Shown: positions 46,844 through 56,872 of the stretch, piece after piece
Numbering within the stretch: the first letter of the stretch is position 1
Layout: every line of letters starts with the position of its first letter
DNA from: a virus
Lineage: Duplodnaviria > Caudoviricetes
Direction: 5' to 3' (one strand)
Length of the DNA stretch: 56,872 nt
Virus record (IMG/VR): IMGVR_UViG_3300037483_000192
Span: 1 to 56,872 of that record
Program-made: the position numbers and the translations under genes
The notes under the pieces: generated by a model
What the model saw: the letters and a program-made list of their open reading frames with translations, nothing else
Told to the model about the DNA's origin: nothing
Database searches by the model: none

Positions 46844-47310
46844 CAGTCCTCCGAAGACACGCGCATGTAACGCGATGCGTCAAGTGTTTGGTAGTAGAAC
46901 CGATGTAGGAACCCTAGGCTCAGTGCCCAATCCCATCCGACCATCCACGCCCACAGCATTCGTCCCGAGCGTCCGTTTCCGTCCGTGAATGGGTGTAGCG
47001 TTTCGTACTTCACATGGATGTCCCACGCCGAATGGCGGCGCATGTTCGCTAGAGTGACAATCAGGTCTAGCTCCCTGGAGATATCAGGGCCTCCAGGCGG
47101 GGCGATGTGGTTGCCGACGCGCACGTCTAGCCCCTTACGATTTCGCAGCACAGCGTTCGGCTGGTAGACCGACACGAACTGGATCAGGTCGTGCATGGTC
47201 ACTTCGTCGAGATTCATGAATCGCTCGAACTCCGCAACCTCAGTAGCGAACGGCGGCCGCTTGATTCCCTCGATGTGGTTGCTCTCGGCGACGAAATCTG
47301 TACTTAACAC
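46843..47310 (-). CDS. Fic-domain protein
   Basis: HPFTDGNGRSGR; N-terminal SNHIEG inhibitory-type motif. Confidence 0.92.
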   Translation of the reverse strand: MLSTDFVAESNHIEGIKRPPFATEVAEFERFMNLDEVTMHDLIQFVSVYQPNAVLRNRKGLDVRVGNHIAPPGGPDISRELDLIVTLANMRRHSAWDIHVKYETLHPFTDGNGRSGRMLWAWMVGWDWALSLGFLHRFYYQTLDASRYMRVSSED

Positions 47311-47483
47311 TATTCGCTCCTGCCCTTTGAGGACTCATACCGTAATTCAGCAACAACCCAATATGCGTACACGCCGAGTGCAGCGACGAGATTGTGCCAA
47401 TTAGGTCCGATCGCGATGACAAGCAATGTCACCATGCAAAACCAGTGCAGCAATGGCATTTCCATCCTAATCATGCTCGTGCT

Positions 47484-47684
47484 TTACCTCGGCACGGGAC
47501 GGAAACGGTACGCGGACACCGTGCCGTCCGGGTTCATGAAAGAGACAACCGTCTCGTCGTCGTTTGTCGCAACGTCGAAGCTCAACGTCATTCTCCGTAT
47601 TTCTGTAGACCGCTCGATGTACCACGGGATAGCCGCAATCAAAGGAGCGGCAATCGCAGCCTTTAACAGATCTCGTCTATTCAT
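47484..47684 (-). CDS. Small protein with twin-arginine-like leader
   Basis: MNRRDLLK followed by a hydrophobic stretch. Confidence 0.5.
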   Translation of the reverse strand: MNRRDLLKAAIAAPLIAAIPWYIERSTEIRRMTLSFDVATNDDETVVSFMNPDGTVSAYRFRPVPR

Positions 47685-47703
47685 CGTCCATATACTCCCG
47701 TGC

Positions 47704-47964
47704 TCATCGTCTTTGCGTGTTACATGGATGGCAAGCCAATGCCAGATTCGAGAAGTCGTTAGTGCCGCCAGCTGAAAGAGGCACAATATGTTCCAAAGTC
47801 GGTTTGAACCGCTGCGGAAGATTAAAGTATCGAGACAGTGGCGGCTTAAATTCACGCCGACACCAATGGCACCACGGGCGTTCCAATAGAAGCTTCTCCT
47901 TCATCTCGACTCGGTAATCGGTTGTCGGCCCGCGACCTGAATGACTGCGCCCGTTCTGTTTCAC
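47704..47964 (-). CDS. Small HNH nuclease
   Basis: CHWC...TLEHIVPLSAGG.N..SNL.LAC..CN. Confidence 0.85.
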   Translation of the reverse strand: MKQNGRSHSGRGPTTDYRVEMKEKLLLERPWCHWCRREFKPPLSRYFNLPQRFKPTLEHIVPLSAGGTNDFSNLALACHPCNTQRR

Positions 47965-47996
47965 TATCGTTCTCCGTCTACTCCCAGGGGTTCCCT

Positions 47997-48576
47997 TTAG
48001 GCCGCGCGCATGTCGCGATCTGCATCCTTGATCTGCGTCGGCAAATGCTCTTGATCGTCCTCGACCACGACGTGCAGAACGTGATTGACGGTCGATCGAC
48101 TCCCGCCGTCCTCTTTCACCGAAGTCACCTTGACCGGCCGCTTGAGTACCTTCTCGTTCAGGTAGAACTGCACGGCTTCGATCAACTCCGCTTGGCTCAT
48201 ATGGTATTGCATCGTTTTCTCCTAAAGTGCTGTGGGTGCGCTAGGCAGCGGCCGGCTCGCGTACCGGCTCCCACATGAACCCGTTCCACCGAACAGTGCG
48301 ACGTGCTTCGCCTTTGTAAGCGTCGAGAACAATTAGCTCTCCTGGCTTTAGGACTGTCATGCGATCCCAAAGGTCATCTATCGCGGCCTCTGGCGTGCCT
48401 CCGTTTCCCGTCGGGGTCGTCAGAAACCGCCCGTTCCCGATCTCACCGGCGCACACGGCGTACCACTCTCCGGTGTCGCGAATCTTGACCGCGAACTCGT
48501 ACCAGCCGAGAGCACTCAGGGCGAGGGCTTTTTGCCTGTAGTCCATGTCATCCACCGGCACTATCAGGCGGCACAT
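47997..48576 (-). CDS. Two hypothetical genes (47997-48212, 48241-48576)
   Basis: ORFs in the operon direction; AGGAG RBS before 48212. Confidence 0.55.
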
Positions 48577-48846
48577 CTACTTTCGTTGGGTAGATGTAGT
48601 CCAGCACTACCCGAAACACGCGCATGAACTCCTGCTTATATTCCTCTGCAAGAGGTTCGCCTGGTGGTGGCAACTGACGAAGCATTCCGATCAGCGCCGG
48701 ATGAGATTCAATGTTCATTGGTTCACCATAAGCAGATTACTCCTGTGCCCAAAAGTGTGTCCCTGAGACGCACTGAGACGCGCCAGGAGACGCGATCAGG
48801 CTAGGCAGGGCGTGGGGTCTATGTACGCCGTCTAGGCGCGTATCGG

Positions 48847-48892
48847 ATTCGTAATGCGTGGGTCGGCGGTTCGAATCCGTCCACCGGCACCA
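48847..48892 (+). other. attP core: 3' half of tRNA-Thr(CGT)
   Basis: ATT-CGT-AATGCG...GGCGGTTCGAATCCGTC-CACCGGC-ACCA with no 5' half; 8 nt from the integrase stop; flanking TGTGCCC and GAGACGC repeats. Confidence 0.88.
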
Positions 48893-48900
48893 TAAATCAA

Positions 48901-49908
48901 TCACTTGCGAGCTTTGCGTTTTGGCCTGTGCCCTATATTGTGCGCCCACTCGGCCAAATGCTCGGCCCCGAGGTGGGCATACCGGCGAACCATCTTGTCG
49001 TCCGACCATCCCCCAAGCTCGCGAAGAATGTGCGGGGGCGTGCCGTTCTGAATGTGCCACGAGGCCCACGTATGCCGTAGATCGTGGAAGCGGAAACCCT
49101 TGAGACCGACCGACTTGACCGCGGCCCGCCATTGCTCCCAGTAGTAGCCGTTCTGCGCTGGGACCGGCCCGCCGTTGTACGAGAACACGAACTCGTCGTG
49201 CTGGCCCTTCACCGTCCGCAGGATACGAATCGCCTCCGGCCCCAAAGGCAACGGGATCGGCTTCTTGTTCTTGCTTCGAAGGGCCGAGATCCATGCGTGC
49301 TTCCGCTTCAGGTCCACGTTCGGCCACGTCAACGTTATGATCGGCGTTCGTCGAAGCCCTGTCACGACGGCGAATCGTGCTGGCCGTTCCCATGCCGGCA
49401 ACAAAGCGCGCACCAGTTCCTCGAACTTCTCGCGCGTAATCCACATCGGCTCCGGTTCTTCGAGCGAATACATCGGGACCGCAGGAATCTGACCGATCCA
49501 TTCCCACTCGTCTCGTGCCCTTCGAAGGATCGCCCTGAGTAGCGCGAAGTGCCGGTTGACGGTGGACGGCGACGCATCCTTGAGTGCCCGCAGCTCGTCG
49601 ATCTTTGCCCGGTCGATCTCTACGAGCTTCTTCCCGGTCAGGTGCGGCTGAAACCACGCCAGAATCCCCTCGTCGCTGTGCAACGATCGCTTGCCAGCCG
49701 ATTCCTCCAGCCACTTCTCCGCGGCCAGATCCCACGTATAGGCAACCTTGCCGAGTTTCTTCAGTTCCCATAGCTGCTGCCTGAGACGGTCTTCAAATAG
49801 CCGGGCCTGCGACTTCGAGGCCGTGCCAGTCGTTCGTCTAACCGTTTCGCCGCTGACAGTAACCTTGCACCACCAATAGCGTGACTCGGGACGTTTGTAG
49901 AGGGACAC
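48901..49908 (-). CDS. int: Tyrosine integrase
   Basis: TGLRR, FHDLRHTWAS and LGGW...MVRRYAH motifs. Confidence 0.97.
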   Translation of the reverse strand: MSLYKRPESRYWWCKVTVSGETVRRTTGTASKSQARLFEDRLRQQLWELKKLGKVAYTWDLAAEKWLEESAGKRSLHSDEGILAWFQPHLTGKKLVEIDRAKIDELRALKDASPSTVNRHFALLRAILRRARDEWEWIGQIPAVPMYSLEEPEPMWITREKFEELVRALLPAWERPARFAVVTGLRRTPIITLTWPNVDLKRKHAWISALRSKNKKPIPLPLGPEAIRILRTVKGQHDEFVFSYNGGPVPAQNGYYWEQWRAAVKSVGLKGFRFHDLRHTWASWHIQNGTPPHILRELGGWSDDKMVRRYAHLGAEHLAEWAHNIGHRPKRKARK

Positions 49909-50087
49909 GTCGTCTCCAAGTAGGCGAGCAGCTCGTGTTCTTTGAACACCCAGGCACGGCCGGGCTTATAGCCACGAATCGTACCCGCAGCTGCGCGTGC
50001 CCGCAAAGTGGAGGGGTGAATTAGTAGGAGAGCGGCGGCCTCAGCGAGTCCGAGTGTCCTTGTCGCGCTTTGTGGCAGCCCGCTCAT
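49761..50087 (-). CDS. xis: Excisionase (HTH_17-like)
   Basis: EAAALL.IHP.TL...G.I...K.GR.W.F; overlaps the int start. Confidence 0.8.
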   Translation of the reverse strand: MSGLPQSATRTLGLAEAAALLLIHPSTLRARAAAGTIRGYKPGRAWVFKEHELLAYLETTCPSTNVPSHAIGGARLLSAAKRLDERLARPRSRRPGYLKTVSGSSYGN

Positions 50088-50225
50088 ACCCGCATTCCCG
50101 ACAGTGGAGCGTTTCGCCGCGAAGCACGAGCTTCGATGCGTCGAGCGGGCACAGCTCCGGCCCGCGATTTGTGATGGTTCTCATGCACTGATTTTACCAT
50201 GATTGTGCCGGCTGAATGCAGTTAC

Positions 50226-51086
50226 CTAAAACGCCATCGCGCGCTGTGCAAGTCGTTTCTGTTGCAGAGGCAGGTACTCAGGATTGATCTCGCAGCCTAT
50301 CCACTGACGGCCGAGATGTTCTGCCACCTGCGCCGTGGTCCCGCTGCCCATGAATGGGTCTAGGACAACATCGCCTGGACGTGCCCCGGCGAGAATGCAT
50401 GGCTCGATTAGCGTGCGCGGGAATACGGCGAAGTGAGCGCCGTCGAATGGCATTGTTGGAACCGTCCAAACGCTACGACGATTCCTACCTGCTGGGTGAT
50501 ACTCCATACTGCCAAAGTTTTGGCGAACATCTCCTGACAAGCTCTCTGGGCTTCCACCTCCGTTTTGATGCCTATTTTTAGATATCGGAGGTGAAGTGTG
50601 TTCCTCTCGAATAGAATCCACGTCGTAGTAATACCGCTCAGACTTCGCCAGCAGGAACAGATACTCATGCGCCTTCGTCGGTCGATCTGTAACACTCTCC
50701 GGCATCGGATTGGGCTTGTGCCAGATGATGTCGGAGCGGAGATACCAGCCATCTTCTTGGAGCGCGAAGGCGACGCGCCACGGGATGCCGATCAGGTCTT
50801 TCGCTTTGAACCCTTGGGGCAGAGCTTTCGCCCTAGCGTAAGAGTCTCCAAGGTTGAGCCATACCGTCCCGTCATCGGCGAGCACGTCACGCACAGCAGC
50901 GAACACGGAGACGATCTGGTCAACGTACTCGTCAGGCGTCGGCTCAAGCCCGATCTGCCCGGAGTGCCCATAGTCACGCAGCCCGAAGTACGGCGGGCTC
51001 GTCACGCACATCTGAGCGCGCACACCGGCATCGGCGAACTCGCGAAGCAGTTCGCGGCAGTCTCCGATGTGGCACTTATTCAGCAT
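50226..51086 (-). CDS. DNA N4-cytosine (SPPY-type) methyltransferase
   Basis: TSPPY, WHKPNPMPES, HFAVFP and DPFMGSGTT motifs. Confidence 0.95.
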   Translation of the reverse strand: MLNKCHIGDCRELLREFADAGVRAQMCVTSPPYFGLRDYGHSGQIGLEPTPDEYVDQIVSVFAAVRDVLADDGTVWLNLGDSYARAKALPQGFKAKDLIGIPWRVAFALQEDGWYLRSDIIWHKPNPMPESVTDRPTKAHEYLFLLAKSERYYYDVDSIREEHTSPPISKNRHQNGGGSPESLSGDVRQNFGSMEYHPAGRNRRSVWTVPTMPFDGAHFAVFPRTLIEPCILAGARPGDVVLDPFMGSGTTAQVAEHLGRQWIGCEINPEYLPLQQKRLAQRAMAF

Positions 51087-51106
51087 GTGCGTTGGTTGTC
51101 CAGTGG

Positions 51107-52167
51107 CTAACCGAAATACACGCAGCCGTTCTGCGCCGCAGTCGCAAATGCCTCGGCCCACTCGTCGTACTTCGTGATGTCGTAATTATCGACACTCGGA
51201 TGGCGTGCGAAGCGTTCGCGCCCCTCCGTGAATTCCTTTGCGAGACGAGCAGACCACACGGGACCAATGCAGCCTTCGTTGTCGGCGAAGTTGATGAGCC
51301 CATAGAACGGCTGGTCGCGCCATTTGTCGGGATTGTCCCAAACCTCCCGAGGCTCAACGCCGAGCATTACCCTACATAGCAGGGCGCGCCATTGGTTGTA
51401 TCCTCCATAGCTGCCCGCTCTGAAGTCGCCCACGCATTCGCCTTCGTACCAGCCGTCAGAGAAGCCTTCGAGGCGGTCTGCGATGGCGCTATACGCGAAG
51501 TAATGAAAACTTGTGCCGTCGTCCCCGACTGGTTCTTCGACAGCTTTTATGTTGCGGTAGTAGGTGATATCTAAGCCCATAAAATTCGTCCTCTGCTTCT
51601 TGGCGGCAGCTACCCGATGTTTCTTTCTGCCGTCTCGGCAAACGTCCGGCCGCTGTTGTGGTCGCGGTGTCCGCTCGTGGACCACTCGACGATGCGCTCC
51701 GCGATGCCTGGTTCCAGATAGATCGTGTCTGTCGCTTCTGAGCCGACCCCATTAGCGGTCAGAACGATGTGGTAGCCGTCGAATGCGGCGTACACGCCGT
51801 CACCGAAATATGCTTGTGTTTTCATAGCTTCTCCGTCTTAGCAAGACAGTATTCAGTTACGACTGATTGCTAGTCGTTCTGAGCGCGCGTCCTTCGGCCC
51901 GCCGTTCTTGCGGCGACTATCCTGAACTGCTTCTGGCACGTTCGCTCTCTTGATGATGTGAAGCGATGGTTCGTCGAATACCTGAGTCTCGATCGGTAAC
52001 CCATCTTTGCTGAGCTTCGTGGGGCGAACCTGGATGCGCCGACACCCAAAGCGCCATACCGTGATAGATTCGACTGATCCCTCGAACCCGGTTATCGAGT
52101 CTCGAACGATGTCGCCAAGTTCAACCCTGGTGGTCAGGCTCGCTTGTTCAAGAATCTTCGTTGCCAT
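51107..52167 (-). CDS. Three hypothetical genes (51107-51580, 51610-51825, 51853-52167)
   Basis: GAGG/GGAG RBS; phage-type motifs MGLDI, YFGDGVYA.FDG and D.ITGF.G. Confidence 0.7.
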
Positions 52168-52200
52168 GATTTCTCCTAAATGAATCTGTATTAACAGAAC

Positions 52201-52342
52201 AGTTGAGCAAAGCGGATCGGTCGCTACCCCGATTCATCGCGGTCCCCTTCGTTGGGCTCGAACCAACTGAGGCCGGGACACACCTACCGCGAACCCTCCC
52301 GGTCGTGCGTGTCTGCTTTCCACGCCGCCGCTTTGCTCAACT
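52201..52342 (-). ncRNA. tRNA-like structured RNA candidate
   Basis: 15-bp perfect closing stem; D-like arm GCGTG-GAAAGCAGA-CACGC; hairpins GTTGG-TTCGAGC-CCAAC and ATCGG-GGTAGCGA-CCGAT; intergenic. Confidence 0.6.
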
Positions 52343-52373
52343 ATCCTCATTCCTCCTATCTGCCCACCCATCA

Positions 52374-52580
52374 TCACGCCCGGACGTACTTCCGAAGCGT
52401 ATTCATCGTGATCCCGTAGTCCTCGCATATGCGCTTCGGCGTGTTCTCTTGCCAGAGCCGGTAGCGCACGGCGATCTTCTCGCGATCCGCCTCCGATACC
52501 TTGCGCGGCCTGCCGGGCATTCGCTCGTACTCGCGGTCTAGGCGGTCGATGAAGATTACTTCTGGGCAGAGCTGGTTCAT
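52374..52580 (-). CDS. Small HTH protein
   Basis: GRPRK...ICEDYGITMNTLRKYV. Confidence 0.7.
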   Translation of the reverse strand: MNQLCPEVIFIDRLDREYERMPGRPRKVSEADREKIAVRYRLWQENTPKRICEDYGITMNTLRKYVRA

Positions 52581-53641
52581 GCGGCCTCTCGCAGTTTCGA
52601 CAGCCACGCTTGCACGACTTCCGCTGTAACGCCGAAGTGCTCGCATAGGGCTTCGACGATGGCGCGCTCGCCGGGGTACTTTGCCTTGCGTGCTTTCGCT
52701 GCGGCTTCCTCGCGGCGCTGGAGTTCCGCAGCCTCTTCGGATTTTCGCTTGCGCTCGGCTTCCTCAGCCTTGCGGCGCTCCGCGGCCTTCTGCCGTTCGA
52801 GTTCGGCACGTTCATCGGCGAGCTTCTTGTTCTCGGCATCGATGCGAGCCTGTTCCTCAGCTTGGCGTTTTCGCTCAGCCTCTAGGGCTGCGCGTTGCTT
52901 GCGGTCCTCTTCCTCGCGCTTGGCCTTAGCCTCGGCCTCGGCTGCTTCTCGGTCTGCGCGCGCCTTCGCTTCTTGTTCGGCCATCTTGGCGCGCAGCTTC
53001 TCCAGCTCGGCACGCTCGGCCGCGATGCGTTCCTGCTCTGCCTCGCGCTCAATGGATGACTTGTGCAATTCACGCAAAGTCGCAAGCGTGGCCGCCTTCG
53101 CGTCCTCGGCTTGCTGGCGGAATTCGTCGAAGGATTCATCCACGATGATCTTCTCAACGTCGGCGATGAATTCAGCAACCTTCTCGGACGATGGCGCACC
53201 GAAGGAATTAACGGCCGGCAGCGCTCCGCGAATCTCGGTGATACGCTCTTGAATGGACTCGACGCGCTTTTGCTCGGCCTCAATCTTCGCTTGCCGTTCG
53301 CGCTCCTTCCGGCCTTCCTCGTGCTTGATGGATAGGTCGATGGGCTCCTCGATCGCCAGCAATGCATCGGTGATCTCCTTCGCTTTGGAGTCAAGCTGCC
53401 GGCCAAGAGAGAGTATCGGAGCCTTCGCCTCTTTCCTGATCCGCTCCACTTCGTAGCGCGGGCCTCGGATGGCTTGGCGGGCTTCCTTTGCGTCCTTCAT
53501 CCCGTCCGTGGTATCGACGGGGAAAATGACCTTTTCGTACTTCTCGCGAAGCTCTGATAGTCCAGCTTGAACCTTGCTGAATTCAGCAACGGCGTTCGTG
53601 ACTTCATCGAGACTCGTCTGTAAATCGGCTTTATTGTTCAC
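52577..53641 (-). CDS. Long coiled-coil recombination-module protein
   Basis: E/A/K/R-rich; follows the exonuclease. Confidence 0.7.
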   Translation of the reverse strand: MNNKADLQTSLDEVTNAVAEFSKVQAGLSELREKYEKVIFPVDTTDGMKDAKEARQAIRGPRYEVERIRKEAKAPILSLGRQLDSKAKEITDALLAIEEPIDLSIKHEEGRKERERQAKIEAEQKRVESIQERITEIRGALPAVNSFGAPSSEKVAEFIADVEKIIVDESFDEFRQQAEDAKAATLATLRELHKSSIEREAEQERIAAERAELEKLRAKMAEQEAKARADREAAEAEAKAKREEEDRKQRAALEAERKRQAEEQARIDAENKKLADERAELERQKAAERRKAEEAERKRKSEEAAELQRREEAAAKARKAKYPGERAIVEALCEHFGVTAEVVQAWLSKLREAA

Positions 53642-54256
53642 CTACATTCTCCGCAGCCAGTCAACCAATTGATTCAACTCCGCAACGAACTCGTCAACGT
53701 CTACCCTAAGGGCAGCGATGTACGACTCATCGCGTTCGACGCGGATAATCAGCGGCGGTAGTCCTCGACTGTGGCTGACAAAATCTACCCATCGCCTGCC
53801 GCTAACCATGAGCTGGCCTTGCACTTGCGCCTTGTGCTCTGGCGGTAAGGCGCCGTGTATCAGTCGCTCGATTTGCACCGAAGGCTTGGCGTCTTTTATT
53901 TCCACGAGCCCGTCGCTTCCGATCACGGAATCAGGACTTGCGCCGCAGTTGCCGTTGCGGATGAACCCGACCTGTTGCGGCTCGTTCCCGGTCAGCAAGG
54001 CGTACAGATTGCGGGCCTCGTCCTCTCTCTCCTGCCCCCTGAGCATGTCGGCGTTCTGGTAGGTATCCTCGGGCTCTCCCGTCAGAATCTCGCCTGCCAG
54101 ACGCCATAGGAGCTTCTGACGGCCTCGCGGGATTCCGCCGCGCGGCCCCTTCTTGGCGGCAACGTCGTGGAACTCTGACGCCGTGGGTAGGCCACAGCGC
54201 AGCCTCAGCCACTCCGGCGTGCCTTGGGCTACTTCGTCGAAAATCTCGATGCTCAT
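53642..54256 (-). CDS. YqaJ/lambda-type exonuclease
   Basis: QGTPEWL..R.G..TAS, GASPD, VEIK and QVQGQL motifs. Confidence 0.93.
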   Translation of the reverse strand: MSIEIFDEVAQGTPEWLRLRCGLPTASEFHDVAAKKGPRGGIPRGRQKLLWRLAGEILTGEPEDTYQNADMLRGQEREDEARNLYALLTGNEPQQVGFIRNGNCGASPDSVIGSDGLVEIKDAKPSVQIERLIHGALPPEHKAQVQGQLMVSGRRWVDFVSHSRGLPPLIIRVERDESYIAALRVDVDEFVAELNQLVDWLRRM

Positions 54257-54981
54257 TCCGCGCGCTTCCGTTCCAGAATCTTCACGCAGCCGGCGTATGC
54301 CTTGGCGTTCACGTCCTCCAACTTCTCGACCTTGGCCCACTTGAGGAACACGGCCTTGTCTGCTCCGACCTCGTCGATCAGGCATTGAAGGTCAGCCGCT
54401 TGCTTCTCCGTGATCCGCTGGTAATCATTTGGCTTGCCGCCGTCATTGTCCTGGTCCTTTGCGGCAAGTCCGGTGATCGCCATGAATGTGTAGCGTTGCA
54501 GGTAGGTCACGGCAGAACCGATTGCCTGAATGCTGTTCTTGCCCCCGGAGTTATCAGGCGCGGCTGTGAGCGTGGTTCGCTCGCTGTGCCCGAACTGGTG
54601 CGTAACGATGCACGAGACGGTGATAGCTCCGTTCTCGGATTGGGATGTCTCCCACCGATGGGACAGGCCGTGCTTGCTCAATGCCGGGGCGGCGACTTCC
54701 ACAATATCTGCGAGCGTCGCGTGCTTGTAGCTCGTGGTCCCGAACGAGACTTCCTTGGTCTTGATGACTTGAAGAGTCTCGGCGCGAAAGTCGTTCATGG
54801 CCGACACGAAGGCATCGCGGGCTCGGTCAGCCTTCCACTCGCGTTCGAGCTGCATGAGCTGCTTTAGCTGCTCGGTATCTACGCCCCTGGAGATTGCTAC
54901 CTGTAGCATCTGCATCGGGGTCATGTCGGTCGGCTCAGGTAGCGTCGTCACTTCTTTGTTTGCGCTCACGTTGTTCTCCAT
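54253..54981 (-). CDS. erf: ERF family ssDNA-annealing protein
   Basis: HATLAD...L.KHGL; GSAVTYLQRYT...GLA..D.DND. Confidence 0.93.
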   Translation of the reverse strand: MENNVSANKEVTTLPEPTDMTPMQMLQVAISRGVDTEQLKQLMQLEREWKADRARDAFVSAMNDFRAETLQVIKTKEVSFGTTSYKHATLADIVEVAAPALSKHGLSHRWETSQSENGAITVSCIVTHQFGHSERTTLTAAPDNSGGKNSIQAIGSAVTYLQRYTFMAITGLAAKDQDNDGGKPNDYQRITEKQAADLQCLIDEVGADKAVFLKWAKVEKLEDVNAKAYAGCVKILERKRAE

Positions 54982-56283
54982 TAACCTATCGGCATTCGGT
55001 CCATATCCCATTTGTAATCGTCGCGAGCCCGCTGCCAAAGCTCCTGAACAGGCGCAGCTCGAACCAGAGCACGACGAACGATCACGCCGACTTCTGCATC
55101 GTCACCTGACTTCAACAGGCGTAGAATCTCGTCTTGGTCGTCACACAGCGCGTCGGCGAAGTCGTTCGGATGCTCGGCAAACCAGGCAAGTACGAGTTCT
55201 ACCTCGTGACACGAAAGCAGAGTCGGCGACTCGGCGTGTTCGGATAGGAGTTGGGTGAAGGTGTTCATACGACTTCGCTCAGGCGGTCGATTGCGTCTTG
55301 CAGGGAACTGCACGCTTCGTCCAGACGGTCGCCATGATCGGCAACTTCCTCTTCAAGATCTCTCATTGCGTCACGCTCGCGCTCCATAGCCTTCAATCGC
55401 TTTGCTAGTTCGGCGCGAATCTGTTTGATAGTCATACTTCCTCCACTTCGGTCAGCGTCGGAATCCCCCGCGCCCGTACAAGTTCATCCATCAGCCAGTC
55501 GATCGCAGTTGCCGCCCTCAGCAGAAGGTTGGCTAGCGTGTGCTCGCCGTTCTCTTCGGCTAGGACGATAGCGGTGGCGAGATCTTCGATTAGGTAGTCG
55601 TCCATCATGGTTCGGCGTACCCAATAAAATACGAATCAGCACGCTTCTCGGCTTGCTCGATAGCGGAGTCCTCGTCGTCTATCACGCAATCGCACCGCAG
55701 CTTCCCGCGATCGTCTGTAGGGCATGGGCGCTGATTCCGATCGCAGTAGGTTCCACTGATGATGTGGCGCAGGGTCATAGGTGTTGCTCGATGTAGTCGG
55801 CTATCTCGGAGAACGAGGCCCTATCTCGATCGTTCATCCGCCATAAGATGTTCTGTTCGTCCTGAGAGATTCCGGTTGCCGCTAACATCTCTTCACTCAG
55901 GAATACCACTTCCCCATCGCTAGATATGTAATCTCCAAAATCTTGACGAGGTTCCCAGGAAGTTCCCGATACGTCGTATAGGACTCCAAGGCAGCAAAAG
56001 CTGTTATCTTGTTTCCGCAGCGAGGTTCTACACTGTTTGTACTCACCACTCCGCAAAGCCGCGAGCCACTTCTGTTTTAGTTCTGCGTTCATTCCGGTTT
56101 ATCCCAATACTCGGGAGGCGGCTCCAGGTTCGTCCAATGAGTAGCCTCGGTTAGCGTCGGCAACAGTTCCGCATCGATGACTCGGTATCTGGTGTGGCCC
56201 CAAACCGGAGTGAACACGAGGATGCGCGAGCCCTTCACGGGAGTCTCGGATATGGGCTGCCAGTCCATTAGATCGTCACCCAT
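54981..56283 (-). CDS. Cluster of small hypothetical early genes (54981-55268, 55775-56092, 56089-56283 and others)
   Basis: Phage motifs W.AALRSGEY.Q..L..CCLGV and WQPISETP. Confidence 0.6.
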
Positions 56284-56356
56284 TCAGCCGAGCCCAGGAT
56301 CAGGAACAGAAGGAACCCGATGCCGATGGCGTAGTCGCGGAGGGAGGGGCGAGAAT

Positions 56357-56872
56357 TCATAGCGCTTCACCGATAATTTCGCGAGTCAGCGCCCCATACT
56401 TTTCGTCGTCCCCAACGACTTCCCCGATCAGAGCGACAATCCACCAGCGCGAACCTTTCCACTTCGGCGGGATAAGGGTTGCGTGTAGCGTTCCGCGCTC
56501 ACACAACGAGAGCGGCCCCGGTGATGTTTCGACGACTCCTGGGGCAACAGGATTATTGCTGCCACCGTTGCACGCTCGCCCGTCGTCACCAGACCGCCAG
56601 AACGCGATCTTTGCTCCGAGCTTTTCCAGCTCGGCTAATCTCGCGCGTTGCGTGGCGCTCCATCGCGCAGAGAAATATTTGATGGTCTTGGACCAGTAAG
56701 ACCCGTCCCCGGACCCGTCCCCGGACCCGGACCCGTCCCCGTACCCGTACCCGTCCCCGGCCCCGTCCCCGGCCCCGTACCCGGCCCCGGCCCCGTACCC
56801 GTCCCCGTCCCCGTCCCCGTACCCGTCCCCGTACCCGGCCCCGTACCCGGCCCCGTCCCCGTCCCCGTACCC
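56357..56872 (-). CDS. 3' part of the Gly-X repeat protein, with a globular C-terminal domain
   Basis: Repeat continues into SYWSKTIKYF...CERGTLHAT...RWWIVAL.GEV...REIIGEAL*; missed by the ORF track because no start lies in this part. Confidence 0.8.
   Translation of the reverse strand, partial: GYGDGDGAGYGAGYGDGYGDGDGDGYGAGAGYGAGDGAGDGYGYGDGSGSGDGSGDGSYWSKTIKYFSARWSATQRARLAELEKLGAKIAFWRSGDDGRACNGGSNNPVAPGVVETSPGPLSLCERGTLHATLIPPKWKGSRWWIVALIGEVVGDDEKYGALTREIIGEAL

Noticed and set aside
48847-48892. Functional tRNA-Thr gene
   Set aside because: The 5' acceptor strand and D arm are missing; the position next to int indicates attP.

Overview
The window looks like one complete, circularly permuted temperate phage genome of about 56.8 kb. 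It has lambdoid-style regulation and podovirus-type morphogenesis genes, and the host is probably a Gram-negative proteobacterium (inferred). Bases 1-48 equal bases 56825-56872, and a Gly-X repeat ORF reads in frame across that junction. Left to right it holds: a cI/cro switch with operators (1.3-2.0 kb); replication, methyltransferase, nuclease and Q-like genes (2-9.7 kb); a leftward moron operon; four late genes with signal peptides (11-16.5 kb); packaging, capsid, tail and ejection genes (17-36.6 kb); and lysis genes (36.7-39.4 kb). Then come a 4155-bp IS1595-family cargo transposon with TIRs and an 8-bp TSD (39430-43584) and a leftward early arm with Dam-like MTase, Thg1, Fic, attP (tRNA-Thr), integrase, xis, exonuclease and ERF. 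Two findings stand out. (1) The transposon carries a tRNA with a tRNA-Leu body but a Pro (UGG) anticodon, a candidate mistranslating tRNA, between an HTH-ImmA/IrrE gene and a small ORF. (2) An RcGTA-type head-spike base protein has a signal peptide and sits next to secreted Cys-rich lectin and glycosidase-like proteins, one of which carries the fibre anchor motif at its C-terminus. All family calls come from motif recognition by eye, not from database searches.
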